DNA of 63,966 bases, filler included. It is 8 parts of 8 records of this genome, joined end to end, with 100 filler letters (N's around TTAATTAATTAA, not from the genome) between each part and the next. Parts side by side here need not be neighbours in the genome. Positions count along the whole stretch, not along the records: positions 30,676 to 48,615 come from SRR31156797_10483; positions 48,716 to 53,936 come from SRR31156797_10499; 6 more parts are not named here. One strand, given 5' to 3'. The stretch's first letter is position 1, and every line of letters starts with the position of its first letter. The translations under genes and the position numbers were made by a program. Below are positions 40,813-51,164 of the stretch, piece by piece. The notes beneath the pieces are model-generated. The model searched no databases. It saw nothing but the letters and a program-made list of their open reading frames with translations, and had not been told where the DNA came from.

Positions 40813-41226
40813 TTACACATATCGTTCATAAAGCTTGTTTAGATGAAGACGCATCATCGAATTAACATACTTCTTGTAGCGGGCACTATCAGGTATGTCG
40901 AAGATGGCCAAGCCACCTGCATTCCATGACACATTGCATATTACATCCTCTCTTTCCATATCATCCATTACCTGTTTTAACATGGAAAGGTCATCAACTA
41001 CATTCCTCCAGTCACCTGCATGTATCGTAGAAGATGCGGTACCTGAAGCAAGTTCAAGCTGTTGAAGAGTAAAAGTATAAACCTGAAACAAACGGACATC
41101 CTCTCTTGCCAGTTCAATTTTTCCACTTTTTGAATCCTGCTGTAGGATCTTCATTAAAAGAGGAACATCAGACGAACGGAACGTCTCATTGTTGACCTTG
41201 TCAATATATAGCTCAATCTCACTCAT
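40813..41226 (-). CDS. Hypothetical protein
   Basis: 137-aa ORF with GGTGTGA RBS. Confidence 0.65.
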   Translation of the reverse strand: MSEIELYIDKVNNETFRSSDVPLLMKILQQDSKSGKIELAREDVRLFQVYTFTLQQLELASGTASSTIHAGDWRNVVDDLSMLKQVMDDMEREDVICNVSWNAGGLAIFDIPDSARYKKYVNSMMRLHLNKLYERYV

Positions 41227-41362
41227 AATATCACACCCGGGAAATGTCCCTTATTAAAGATTGGGACAAACACAAATAAGAATTTCCCACAGATAAGCAG
41301 ATGAATAAAAAATTAAGAGAAAAAGGAAGCGATGCACTATGCACGCATCGACAACAAAAAAT

Positions 41363-42355
41363 TCAGAGTTTTTCTGCTATCTGGACAGCATTAAGGGCTG
41401 CACCTTTAAGCAACTGATCACCGCAGACAAAAAACTCAAGACCATGATCGCCAAAGACAATGTTCTGTCTTATCCTTCCGACCTCCACATCATATTTCCG
41501 GGTTGCAGTTATTGGCATTGGATAGACATTGTTCTCCAGGTCATCTTTCAGTTCCACGCCTTCAACTGAACTCAGGAGCTTCTTTGCATCACCAGGGATC
41601 ACCGGCTTCTCGGTCTCAATGATTATGCTCTCTGCATGTACCCTCATGGTAGGAATCCTTACACATGTACAACTGATCGGCATATCAGGTTCACTGAATA
41701 TCTTCCTTGTTTCCCAGACGACCTTCATCTCCTCACGTGTGTAGTCGTTCTCCTGGAAACTGTCGATGTGCGGGATAGCATTGAAAGCGATCGGATATGC
41801 AAAGACCTTGTTACCAACTTCCTTGCCGTCAAGGTAGTTCTGTGTCTCGGCTGCAAGTTCGCTCATGCCTGCTGCACCTGCTCCGCTGGTTGCCTGATAG
41901 GTGCTGATAAGTACTTTCTTCACACCGTATTCTTTATGAAGCGCATACAGAGGAATGGCAGCAATGGCGGTTGTACAATTTGGGTTGGCGATGAGCTTTG
42001 ACTCACCGATGGCATCCGCATTGATCTCAGGTACTATAAGAGGCACATTGTCATCGTACCTGAAGGCACTGCTGTTGTCAACTACATAGCATCCTGCACT
42101 GGTGGCCTTCTCAGCATTCTCCTTGCTCCATCCTCCACTGATAGCAAAGAATGCAATATCAAGTTCGGAGTAATCTGCAAGGTCGGCATTCTCAATGGTA
42201 ATCTCACCAAGTGGTGTTTCCATCTTCTTTCCTGCACTCCTCACTGATGCGAAGAGCCTTAATTGTTCCACTGGAAAGTTCCTGTTGTGCAATACTTCTA
42301 TGATCTCTCTACCTACTGCACCGGTAGCACCCATGATTCCTACTTTGTAACTCAT
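41363..42355 (-). CDS. asd: Aspartate-semialdehyde dehydrogenase (bacterial-type)
   Basis: GATGAVG, DNSSAFR, ANPNCTT, STYQATSGAG, KGAALNAVQIAE. Confidence 0.95.
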   Translation of the reverse strand: MSYKVGIMGATGAVGREIIEVLHNRNFPVEQLRLFASVRSAGKKMETPLGEITIENADLADYSELDIAFFAISGGWSKENAEKATSAGCYVVDNSSAFRYDDNVPLIVPEINADAIGESKLIANPNCTTAIAAIPLYALHKEYGVKKVLISTYQATSGAGAAGMSELAAETQNYLDGKEVGNKVFAYPIAFNAIPHIDSFQENDYTREEMKVVWETRKIFSEPDMPISCTCVRIPTMRVHAESIIIETEKPVIPGDAKKLLSSVEGVELKDDLENNVYPMPITATRKYDVEVGRIRQNIVFGDHGLEFFVCGDQLLKGAALNAVQIAEKL

Positions 42356-42643
42356 AACTGTATCATCCTTTGGCTTGCCCGGGTTTCACTATAACCCTGA
42401 CATTGTTATATGAATCTATAATATCCATTAAATCGAGCGTTTTTACTGAATTTACTGCAGTATCATATATATTGAACGATATGAAGATTATCCTCGGTTA
42501 TGCATGTGAATGCAAGACCAAAAAAGAAATATGAAGTGTATCGAGGATAGAAAAGAGGGTAAAAAACTAAATTACTGATGAAATTAGATGGCTGATGCTT
42601 TATTAACAGGCAGTTGTGACTTACTGATGAATACTTTTTTGTG

Positions 42644-42799
42644 TTAGTAAGAAACAAGCGTCTGGATGCAGGCACTTTTAACAAAGTTAATCATATTGCA
42701 CCTGAGCTCGAACTCCTGTTCTGAAAGATCGTCGGTTTCCAGATATCTGGAAAACATTTCCATGAATTCATTAAATTTCTGTTTGTCTATTTCCTGCAT
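42644..42799 (-). CDS. Unannotated 51-aa protein MQEIDKQKFNEFMEMFSRYLETDDLSEQEFELRCNMINFVKSACIQTLVSY
   Basis: GAGGGG RBS, upstream TATA-like TTTATATA, protein-like composition. Confidence 0.6.
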   Translation of the reverse strand: MQEIDKQKFNEFMEMFSRYLETDDLSEQEFELRCNMINFVKSACIQTLVSY

Positions 42800-42969
42800 A
42801 AATTCCCCTCGAATTTAATACACATGCATATATTATTAGTTTTTATTATATAAAAATATTCTGTTGCTGATTTCTATAGACAACTATAGAGTACAATATA
42901 TATAGGAAATCGTCAGTTTTTTATGCAGATTCACTTTTTGCTTTTAAACAAAAAAGGTTACAGGAGTTC

Positions 42970-43283
42970 ATCACTCGCTGTAAGCTGAACTTATGCTGTA
43001 CTCGAAATAATCAGTGTTTTCTGAGAGTATGCTAAGTTCCCACTCCCCGGTAGCACCAGTTGTTTCGTAAATCCCAGCATAAGTCGTTAAAGATTAATGG
43101 TAAGCAGACGATTCGGGAGAATACTGCAAACACCCTCGGTTCCAAAGTTAACTGAGCCTTTTATTTGTGTTTTTACCAGGTCAAGTTCCACTTCCTTGCT
43201 ATCATTATTAAGTACAACATCAAATGATGGCTGCTCTTTTGCAGAACCGTCGCTGTAACTGGTATAGCTTGAACTAGCATATT
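42970..43283 (-). pseudogene. Possible frameshifted remnant of a secreted-protein gene
   Basis: Protein-like fragments YSDGSAKEQPSFDVVLNNDSKEVELDLV and GIYETTGATGEWELSILSENTDYFEYSI in different frames. Confidence 0.3.
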
Positions 43284-43373
43284 ATGATGTCAAGTTATAA
43301 TAGAAGTTCCTGCAAAAAAGAAAAGACACAAAAAATAGTACAGGTATATAAGCAAGAACAGCAGCTTAGTGTT

Positions 43374-43658
43374 ATGCAGAAAAAAAGATATCCTAAAGGC
43401 CACTTCATGGCCAGGGGCATGATAATAGGTCTCCCATTAGGAATTCCGTTAGGTATTTTGATAGGGGTGATAGCCATAGGACCGGCAATAGGACTGGCTA
43501 TTGGAGTTGGCATTGGTGCATACCTCGAGAAAAGATACAATCCAGATCCATTGCCAATGACACAGGAAGAGGAAGCTCAGAGAAAGAAAGTTCTTATTGC
43601 ACTTAGTGGAATATTCCTTCTTGGAATACTTGCATTCATTGTTTTGCTTATTTTATAA
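43374..43658 (+). CDS. Small Gly-rich membrane protein
   Basis: GxxxG repeats, 3 TM; likely start MQKKRYPKG. Confidence 0.65.
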   Translation: MQKKRYPKGHFMARGMIIGLPLGIPLGILIGVIAIGPAIGLAIGVGIGAYLEKRYNPDPLPMTQEEEAQRKKVLIALSGIFLLGILAFIVLLIL

Positions 43659-43834
43659 CAGGCAGCATTTAGAATATAGAATCAGACCCCGAAATGCACA
43701 ACTTTAATTGTCACTTTACTTGTACTATTTAGCTATTGATTGTCTTCAAACTGTTAGTTATGAAAGACTAGCCGGAAAAAAGAAAAGAAAAATAGAGAAA
43801 TGGTGTGGTCACTCGCACCATCGAAATTTCGTCT

Positions 43835-45379
43835 TTACCTGCGCTTTGTCAGGAGAAACACAGCAAAAAGACCGAATATTCCCAGGATGAACTCAAATCC
43901 AGGACTCGCCTGAGAATCATCGGATGCAGTTTCTACCTGGGTGTCACTTGTCGATTCGATCTCTTCCATTTCCTCTTCAGAGATAAACCTTTCACCCACG
44001 ATCATCGGATCACCTTCATAGCCCAGAGCTGCGAAATCCATGACACCATCTTCAAGATGACAATCCTTACATTGCAGAGCAGATTCTTTTGGGGCAACTT
44101 CGTGATTTATGCTTTCATACAGGGAAGTTTCAACAAATTCATAATTACCGCTGTATGGAATGTCGACATATTCCATTCCTGCCCTTGATGCTTTGTCCCA
44201 GTCATAGCTGGCCCAGTAAGAGTTCTCGCCTCCGAACAGGTCAGGGATTATCAGGTAATCATATTCAGCATCACTTATCTGTTTTGCAACGTGGATCTTG
44301 AACGGATAGATCTTTGAATCAGGATCATACCTGTCCCCCAGTGGTTCACTGAGAACAGTAACACTTTCAGGATCTACCTTGTCACCAAGATGGTATTTGT
44401 AAAAACTACCATTGAACCATGCATATTCAGGACTTACGTTCTTACCCCAGACGAATTCTCCTTTCTTCTTATTGTAGGTCTCTTTTCCATATTCATCCGT
44501 TGGTATCGGGTCTATGTCCTGTCCTGCCAGCGACCAGTCCCAGTACATCTTTGTCGGAATCTCACGGGCAATTTCAGGTATGTGGCATGTCTGACAGGCA
44601 ATTGAATCAGAGTGTCCGTCAAGACGGTCTTTGAAAACCCCCTGATGAGGTGTTTCCCCATGGCAATCCGAGCACTCTATCCTGCACTCAGAACCTGGTG
44701 TTCCTGCAAAACGACCTGCAATATCGTGTTCAGTTGTGTCGTGACAATTCTGACAGTTAAAATCCATGCCACCCATGTGCACGTCGAGTTCCCTTGAAGG
44801 GTCAAGCAATGCAGAGGACATGTCACCGTGCTTTACGTTATCTCCACCACCACCGAAGAAGTGACAATTCCCTCCGCATGTTTCACGTGAAGGACTGCCG
44901 ACGCTCTGAGCTACGGCTACAAGGTCAACAGAAGGATCGACCGCTCCGGCACCGGTTGGTATTTTCTTATAGGTGCCGGTGGTCTCATGGCAGACCACAC
45001 AATCTATGTTCGATGCGTTCGTGAAGTCAAATGTATCATCCTCCCACCCGTATCCTGTGTGGCAGGAAGTGCATCGCGGTTCGTTGGAAGAGATCGCTAC
45101 ACAGAAATTATTGATCACCGTCCTTTTCCCCAATCCTTCATGCACTTCTTCTTCACAAATCTGCTCTGAAGATGTTGTCCAGAGCCAATGTGCCGAATTC
45201 AGCATGTCTTCAGCCTGTTGAGAGTGACAGGATATACAATCCGCAGTCACATCCTGGCCTTCTTCATAGGGCCCCGTTAGGAAAGAAGAGTGGTTCACAG
45301 ACGCAGCATAAGAAGAGAAAGACAGAACAAGCGTGCAGGCTAACAAACAAGAAAAAATAACAAGTATTTTGTGTATCAT
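43835..45379 (-). CDS. Octaheme c-type cytochrome, tetrathionate-reductase (OTR) family, with PGF-CTERM
   Basis: Signal peptide; 7 CxxCH plus CGGNCH; GK..VINNFC and VKHGD family motifs; C-terminal SPGF-TM-KRR. Confidence 0.88.
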   Translation of the reverse strand: MIHKILVIFSCLLACTLVLSFSSYAASVNHSSFLTGPYEEGQDVTADCISCHSQQAEDMLNSAHWLWTTSSEQICEEEVHEGLGKRTVINNFCVAISSNEPRCTSCHTGYGWEDDTFDFTNASNIDCVVCHETTGTYKKIPTGAGAVDPSVDLVAVAQSVGSPSRETCGGNCHFFGGGGDNVKHGDMSSALLDPSRELDVHMGGMDFNCQNCHDTTEHDIAGRFAGTPGSECRIECSDCHGETPHQGVFKDRLDGHSDSIACQTCHIPEIAREIPTKMYWDWSLAGQDIDPIPTDEYGKETYNKKKGEFVWGKNVSPEYAWFNGSFYKYHLGDKVDPESVTVLSEPLGDRYDPDSKIYPFKIHVAKQISDAEYDYLIIPDLFGGENSYWASYDWDKASRAGMEYVDIPYSGNYEFVETSLYESINHEVAPKESALQCKDCHLEDGVMDFAALGYEGDPMIVGERFISEEEMEEIESTSDTQVETASDDSQASPGFEFILGIFGLFAVFLLTKRR

Positions 45380-45589
45380 ATTTTACCCCCTTTTTAAAAT
45401 CCAACTTATATTACCTATTACTAATGGAAATTTGAAAAAAGAACTTATATAACTGTGCTGGGAAACTGCCAAAAATTAGCGATTACACGGCGTTAACGCA
45501 GTATATAATTTATACTGCTTTAAAAAAGAAAAATATGGATTACACAAAATATGATTAAAAATGAACTTGGTAACTCAAATAAAGTAGTT

Positions 45590-45889
45590 CTAAGCCATAC
45601 CAAAGATAACAACAATATTGCTTGTTGTAGCAAGAAGTCCAATACCTGATACAGAGTAACGTGTGAAGTTCCAGTAAGGGCGGTCTGCACTCCTGTACAC
45701 ATGGTACAACAGGAAAAGGAAACTAAGTTTGAGAGGTATCAGGGAATTGTATCCGTAAGTATTAAAGAGATATGAAAGTGCAGGATTTCCTTCGTAGAAC
45801 TGACCGGTCTGGAGTGCATAAATAGTCGTCAGTGTATCCCCGATTATAAACAAGATCAACACTGGCATGAGATCTTTTAAGAAAGACAT
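45590..45889 (-). CDS. DUF5658-like small membrane protein
   Basis: GDTLTT..AL...FYEGNP...K motif; likely start MSFLKD. Confidence 0.7.
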   Translation of the reverse strand: MSFLKDLMPVLILFIIGDTLTTIYALQTGQFYEGNPALSYLFNTYGYNSLIPLKLSFLFLLYHVYRSADRPYWNFTRYSVSGIGLLATTSNIVVIFGMA

Positions 45890-46459
45890 AGCTGACCGGT
45901 TTTGAAGAACCGAGACAGGCTGTTCAGAAAATAAGGTACGTCTCAATTGGCAAATACTTGCTGTGCACTGATCAATAATAGCTACTGATAAGTAATTAAC
46001 AAAATATTCCAGGCTTTTTTCAGTGTCTTTTGCTGACAGAAATTTGGATGCAATACTCCTAACACTAAGCCGCTGCCTTTCGTTTTGCATATATTGTACC
46101 ACCAATATGAATTTAGCCTTTCTTTGCACAATATAACAGATCAATAGGTCTTATATCTTTCCATAAAATTTTATAATGTCGGAAACATAATAAGACTGTA
46201 ATAATTTTAGAGTGTTATCTACGGACAAGTATATTTTGTCAAATTAACTGAAATATTAAATAAAAAAGTGTTTAAAATAGAGAGAAATAGCTCTGTAGAA
46301 AATAATTGGAAAACAAAAACAATGCGATCATCCGCCTCCGGTGGCACGTTCCTTCCATACCACCATAAAGATTATTGAAACAATGCAATTATTGAAAATT
46401 GCTGAATACAAAATTACAATTAGCAGAATCTCTACAGAAACAAAAAAACAGGCAGACAA

Positions 46460-47347
46460 TCAGAAAGCATAAGTCCGCCTGTTAAGATAATACTTGGCCC
46501 CTGTGCCGGGAGGCTTTGCCTTCTTTTTAGAATGATAATTGTTGTTTTTGGTTTTAGCAACATTCTTCTTACTGCAATTTTTGCTGTTGTGTTTTTGCCT
46601 GTACTTGATATCGAAGCGGACCTTTTCTATCGCAAGGTCCAACGCAAGTCCCCTGAGCATCCAACGGAGCGCCTGGGCCTGATGATGCTTGTTACGATCC
46701 TGTTTGCCCGGGAATGCCTCTGCAACCATTTTAGTTGCTTTCTTTCCTGCCATTCCCTGTAACTCGAACAGGCTTTTGTCAGAGAGGAGGTCCTTTGAAG
46801 CTGTATGAAGTCGTTTATACATGGCATTGCTTGGGAAAGGGGTAGCATTCATGACAGCAATTAGCTTTATCAGTTTCCCTCTTACCGGAGAGTCACTGAT
46901 ATCAATGAGAAACTCACGGTCGTTGGGATAGAGAATACGCATTTTCTTCTTTGTCTTGGAGAGACGGTCAGCCTGCTTGTTCTGCATCCGGGGAACCCAG
47001 CGGAAGTATATGTCAAGCTCATGTTCCTTGATGATGTTTGTGATCTCGCGATGGATGTTCCAGATGTCATCATCAACAACAGTATAGATACCGCGCATCT
47101 GGTAGATTACCGTCCGGCTGTCTCCCATAATAGTCAGCGGGCCCTGACCATCGGCTTTAACATATTCAAGCATGGCTTTTTTAAGTGCAAGATATTCGGC
47201 AAAAAGAGCGTTGTTGCTAGTGTCTTTTTCAAGGCGGTCGTTTCCGAGTATTGAAAATGAGTTGTTCTGCAAGGTCACAACCCAACCCAATCCCATGCAC
47301 CCACCCGGATTAGGTGTGCATGAGCCGTCGAAGGTTATTGCATCCAT
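46460..47347 (-). CDS. RNase HI-like protein with long basic C-terminal extension
   Basis: FDGSCTPNPG, AEYLAL, GDSRTV, WVPRMQNKQADRLS. Confidence 0.82.
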   Translation of the reverse strand: MDAITFDGSCTPNPGGCMGLGWVVTLQNNSFSILGNDRLEKDTSNNALFAEYLALKKAMLEYVKADGQGPLTIMGDSRTVIYQMRGIYTVVDDDIWNIHREITNIIKEHELDIYFRWVPRMQNKQADRLSKTKKKMRILYPNDREFLIDISDSPVRGKLIKLIAVMNATPFPSNAMYKRLHTASKDLLSDKSLFELQGMAGKKATKMVAEAFPGKQDRNKHHQAQALRWMLRGLALDLAIEKVRFDIKYRQKHNSKNCSKKNVAKTKNNNYHSKKKAKPPGTGAKYYLNRRTYAF

Positions 47348-47553
47348 GTTTCTCGTACTGGTTAAAATGTATCTTAAGCCGTACACAGGAACTTTCCCTT
47401 GTAGTATTATATTAACTCAAAAATATATAACTCTGTAGAAAGGAATCTATTGTGGAGTATATAGATCTGAAATTTTTGGTACGCATCAGAAGGAATTCAT
47501 CGATAAACCTTATGAACCAATATTGAACATAATAATTATAGGGAGTGATCAAA

Positions 47554-47832
47554 ATGTATACCGTCTACATCAGGGCGCTGGATGGCGCATACATAAACGT
47601 TGACAAGATAATTCAACTATATGCTGCCGTGTTTGAAGAAGACGAATTTATAATGGCCATGTCTACTTATGAAACAGCAGAACCAGTTATAGAATGCACG
47701 AAAAATGCCGACCCGGACCTGCTGATCTCAACTGCGATTTCCATAATAGCCAATGCAAAAATCGAGTCAAAAACAATCGGAGACGCAATAATAATAGATC
47801 TGGAAGAGCAACTTGGAAAGAACTTTTTTTAA
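47554..47832 (+). CDS. Hypothetical protein
   Basis: 92-aa ORF after GGAGTGA. Confidence 0.6.
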   Translation: MYTVYIRALDGAYINVDKIIQLYAAVFEEDEFIMAMSTYETAEPVIECTKNADPDLLISTAISIIANAKIESKTIGDAIIIDLEEQLGKNFF

Positions 47833-47900
47833 AGCTGCCATATACCACTATTAAAAAAGAAAAAAGATGACAGGACATTTGTCCTATCATTTCCTTAAAT

Positions 47901-48615
47901 TTATTTGTTCTTCCTGAGCACAAACAGTGCAAGTGCTACAACAGTAATTCCCATCAGTGCACTGAATCCGGGAATGCCCTTTTTGTCTTCATCATCTTCA
48001 GAAGCTGATTCCTCTGAAATATCTTCAGTTACAACCTGTGACTCTGACTCATCTTCAGCAGAGACTGACTCTATTTTATCCCCAGCTATGGTGAATGGAG
48101 AGAATCCGTTTGTTTGGGCAACGAAGGAAAGATACTCTTCATCCTCATCTGACTTGCTTGTAGGTAGCTCATGCCATTCTCCGTCATAGTAGTGCATCAT
48201 CCTGATGCTTGCAGGATCGATGTTGTTCTCAGTAACCCATGACTTTTCTACCTTGAAATGGATTTCTGTGTTCTCGACGGTATCCGAACTTGCAAATCCT
48301 GATTTTCCAACCCAGATGTTCATCTGCTTGTAGATCTCACCAGGACAATCCTTGTCAGCAAAGGATGAACGGTCTTTGAGAACCTCAATTGTAGCCTGTT
48401 TCCTGCCTGAGTTCTTCAGGGCATCGAACTGGACTGAGACTACAGGGCTGTCTTCAACATCGAATTCATAGCTGACATGTGAACCCTTGTTAACATAGGC
48501 TGTTTGTGCTACTTTTGTTTCGATGTTCTCATAGGCTTCACCGCTGCTGCCACCGCCACCGCCGCCTCCGGAGGAACTGGATGAGCTGGAACTGCTTGAG
48601 CTTGAGCTTGATGCT
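47901..48615 (-). CDS. PGF-pre-PGF domain cell-surface protein (C-terminal fragment)
   Basis: Ser/Gly linker, NIWVGKSGF, TNGFSPFTI, then IPGF-TM-RKNK. Confidence 0.9.
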
Positions 48616-48715
48616 NNNNNNNNNNNNNNNNNNNNNNNNNNNNNNNNNNNNNNNNNNNNTTAATTAATTAANNNNNNNNNNNNNNNNNNNNNNNNNNNNN
48701 NNNNNNNNNNNNNNN
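48616..48715. other. Artificial contig spacer
   Basis: N-run with TTAATTAATTAA. Confidence 0.98.
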
Positions 48716-49150
48716 TCTTTCCCTTGACCATGCAGGAGTAACACCTAATTTTCTCATTTGATGAACAATATTTCCACCAGATTGCTCTTTTTGTTGCCAT
48801 GCTCTTTCAAGGAATTTTTCTCTACCTAATTCCTCTTTTGTAGTACCTTCTGCTAATAATTGTTTTTCAACAATATTTTGTGTAGCAATACCTGCGTGGT
48901 CAGTTCCTGGTTGCCATAAAGTTTTATATCCATCCATTCTTTTAAATCTAGTGATTATATCTTGAAGAGTAAATGTTAAAGCGTGTCCAATATGTAGACT
49001 TCCTGTAACATTTGGAGGAGGCATCATAATAGCAAAGTTCTTATCTTCTTCTTGAATAGATTTATTTCCATCTATCTCAAAGTATCCTCTATCTTCCCAA
49101 ATTTTATAATATTTATCTTCCACTTTTGATGGTTCATACTTATTACTCAT
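48716..49150 (-). CDS. valS: Valine-tRNA ligase (N-terminal fragment)
   Basis: PPPNVTGSLHIGHAL, PGTDHAGIATQ. Confidence 0.96.
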
Positions 49151-49416
49151 TTATTTTCCTTAAAATTGGTCCCAATTTAAAGGGAACCTTTTAGTTATCA
49201 GTCTACTTTTCAACGCAATTTATAAAAAATCACTAAAAGGTAGCAAAATCTAAAGGCTTTAAGAATAAAGCTTGAAGATTTGTTTATAAAAATTTCCGCG
49301 ATTATAGCGTAAAGTTGATTTATTTTACTTGACATAGTTTATATCATGGCTTTAAGATTTTATTCTTAATATTAAAAAAAATCTAAAATACAAAAAAGGA
49401 GAAAAGATAAGAATTG

Positions 49417-49447
49417 ATTCATGTATAGGATTTTCCTATACATGAAT
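49417..49447. terminator. Perfect hairpin after the flotillin gene
   Basis: ATTCATGTATAGGA-ttt-TCCTATACATGAAT. Confidence 0.6.
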
Positions 49448-49454
49448 ATAAAAT

Positions 49455-51155
49455 TTATTTATTTAAATCTTTTGTAAAGCTATTTAAACTTGTACCATCT
49501 AAATCTAATTCTTTTAATAAAGAATCTACAATTGGTGATTGTGCTCTATATTTCAATGCGCTATTTACTAATTGGTCAGGCAAAGAATCTCCCGATGAAT
49601 CAGAAACTTTTTGTCCATCAGAGTTTTGAGCTTGAGTTAAACCATCAACTTGAAGTATTTTTATACTATCGATTTGCTCCATAGGTTTTACACTTTGTGC
49701 GATTATATCTGGCAATTGTTCAATTAATTTCAATTTAATCTGCATAGCAATTTGTTCTGCTGATAAAATATTCGAGGCATTGTTTATTAATTCTTTTCCT
49801 TCTGCTTCAACTTTATACTCAACTGCTTGTGCTTCTGCTCTTAACTTTTGCGATTCATTATCACTTTTTGCTGTAATTATAGCTTTATCAGCTAATCCGC
49901 TAGCTAATATTCTTTGTGCATCAGCTTGGTCTTCTGCAGCTTGTTTCTCAGCTTCTGCTCCAACTTTTATTGTAATAGCTTCCCTTTCTGCTTCTTGTGC
50001 AGCTTCAACCAGTTCAATAGATTTTTTTCTTTCTGCAATTTCTGTTTCCCTTACTGTTTTTACTTTCTCTTCTGCTTTTACAGCTTCGGCTCTAGCTTCA
50101 TCAGCTTGTGCTTTAGCAATAGATTGAGTTTTTGATTTTTCTGCAATTGCTATTTCTTTATCCTGATTTGATAACTCAATAGATTTACTTTTTTCAATAT
50201 TTTTTTCTTCAATTAACTGTTCTTTTTGAATTCTTGCTTGTTCAACCTCTTTTTCAGAAGCAATTCTTTTTTGTTCAATCTCTTGATCTGCAAATATTTT
50301 TGAATTTTCAGCAATTTTTCTTTGTTCTGCTTCTTGTTTTGCAATCTCTGCAACTTGAGATGCTTTTCTTATTGCAACTTCTCTTTGTTGTTCCAAAATG
50401 GCATATTCTTCTTCTCTTTTAATATCAAGAGAAAGTTTTTTAGTATCTAAATCTTTTTTTTCTATTTCAACTGAAGTATCTCTTTCTATATCATTTCTAA
50501 TTTTTCTTCTTGCCTCTATTTCTTGTGTTAAGCGTGTAAGACCTTCTGCATCAAAGGCATTATCTGGATTAAAATATTTTTTACTAGTTTGGTCTAAACC
50601 TGTTAAAGATACAGATTCTAATTCAAGTCCATTTTTAAGTAAATCTTCTGATACTACTTGTTGAACTTTTTGAACAAAATCAACTCTTTGCTCGTGTAAT
50701 TCAACCATATGCATCTCTGCTGCCACTGCTCTTAAGGCATCAACAAACTTACCCTCGATTAATTCTTTTAAAGAAGAAGGTTGTGTTGTTCTTAAACCTA
50801 ATGTTTGAGCTGCAAAAGCAATAGATTCATTTATAGGTTTAACACGTACATAAAATTCAGCTAAGACATCAACTCTCATTCTATCTTTTGTAATTAAAGC
50901 TTGTTCGTTTGCTCTTTCTACAGCTAATCTTAAAGTATTCATATTAACAGGTATTATTTCATGTAGCACAGGTAAAACAATCGCTCCACCATTCATAATA
51001 ACTTTTTCACCACCAAGACCTGTTCTTACAAATGATATTTCTTTTGTTGCTCTTTTATATAATCTCGTGAAAATCAAACCTAATGTTATCAATGCAACTA
51101 TAATTATAACTGGTATTAAGACTGCCATTGACGAGAAGTTTATTCCTATATCCAT
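49455..51155 (-). CDS. yqiK: Flotillin-like SPFH protein
   Basis: TM, FVRTGLGG, LITKDRMRVDV, FNPDNAFDAEGL, AE-rich coiled coil. Confidence 0.9.
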   Translation of the reverse strand: MDIGINFSSMAVLIPVIIIVALITLGLIFTRLYKRATKEISFVRTGLGGEKVIMNGGAIVLPVLHEIIPVNMNTLRLAVERANEQALITKDRMRVDVLAEFYVRVKPINESIAFAAQTLGLRTTQPSSLKELIEGKFVDALRAVAAEMHMVELHEQRVDFVQKVQQVVSEDLLKNGLELESVSLTGLDQTSKKYFNPDNAFDAEGLTRLTQEIEARRKIRNDIERDTSVEIEKKDLDTKKLSLDIKREEEYAILEQQREVAIRKASQVAEIAKQEAEQRKIAENSKIFADQEIEQKRIASEKEVEQARIQKEQLIEEKNIEKSKSIELSNQDKEIAIAEKSKTQSIAKAQADEARAEAVKAEEKVKTVRETEIAERKKSIELVEAAQEAEREAITIKVGAEAEKQAAEDQADAQRILASGLADKAIITAKSDNESQKLRAEAQAVEYKVEAEGKELINNASNILSAEQIAMQIKLKLIEQLPDIIAQSVKPMEQIDSIKILQVDGLTQAQNSDGQKVSDSSGDSLPDQLVNSALKYRAQSPIVDSLLKELDLDGTSLNSFTKDLNK

Positions 51156-51164
51156 TTTACACCT

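Noticed and set aside
33289-45889. Pyrrolysine read-through at TAG stops in the methanogen contig
   Set aside because: The TAG-ended ORFs look complete; at 45590 another stop follows within five codons; no methylamine methyltransferase genes are present
49151-49300. T-box riboswitch before valS
   Set aside because: No GGTGGnACCGCG T-box consensus found
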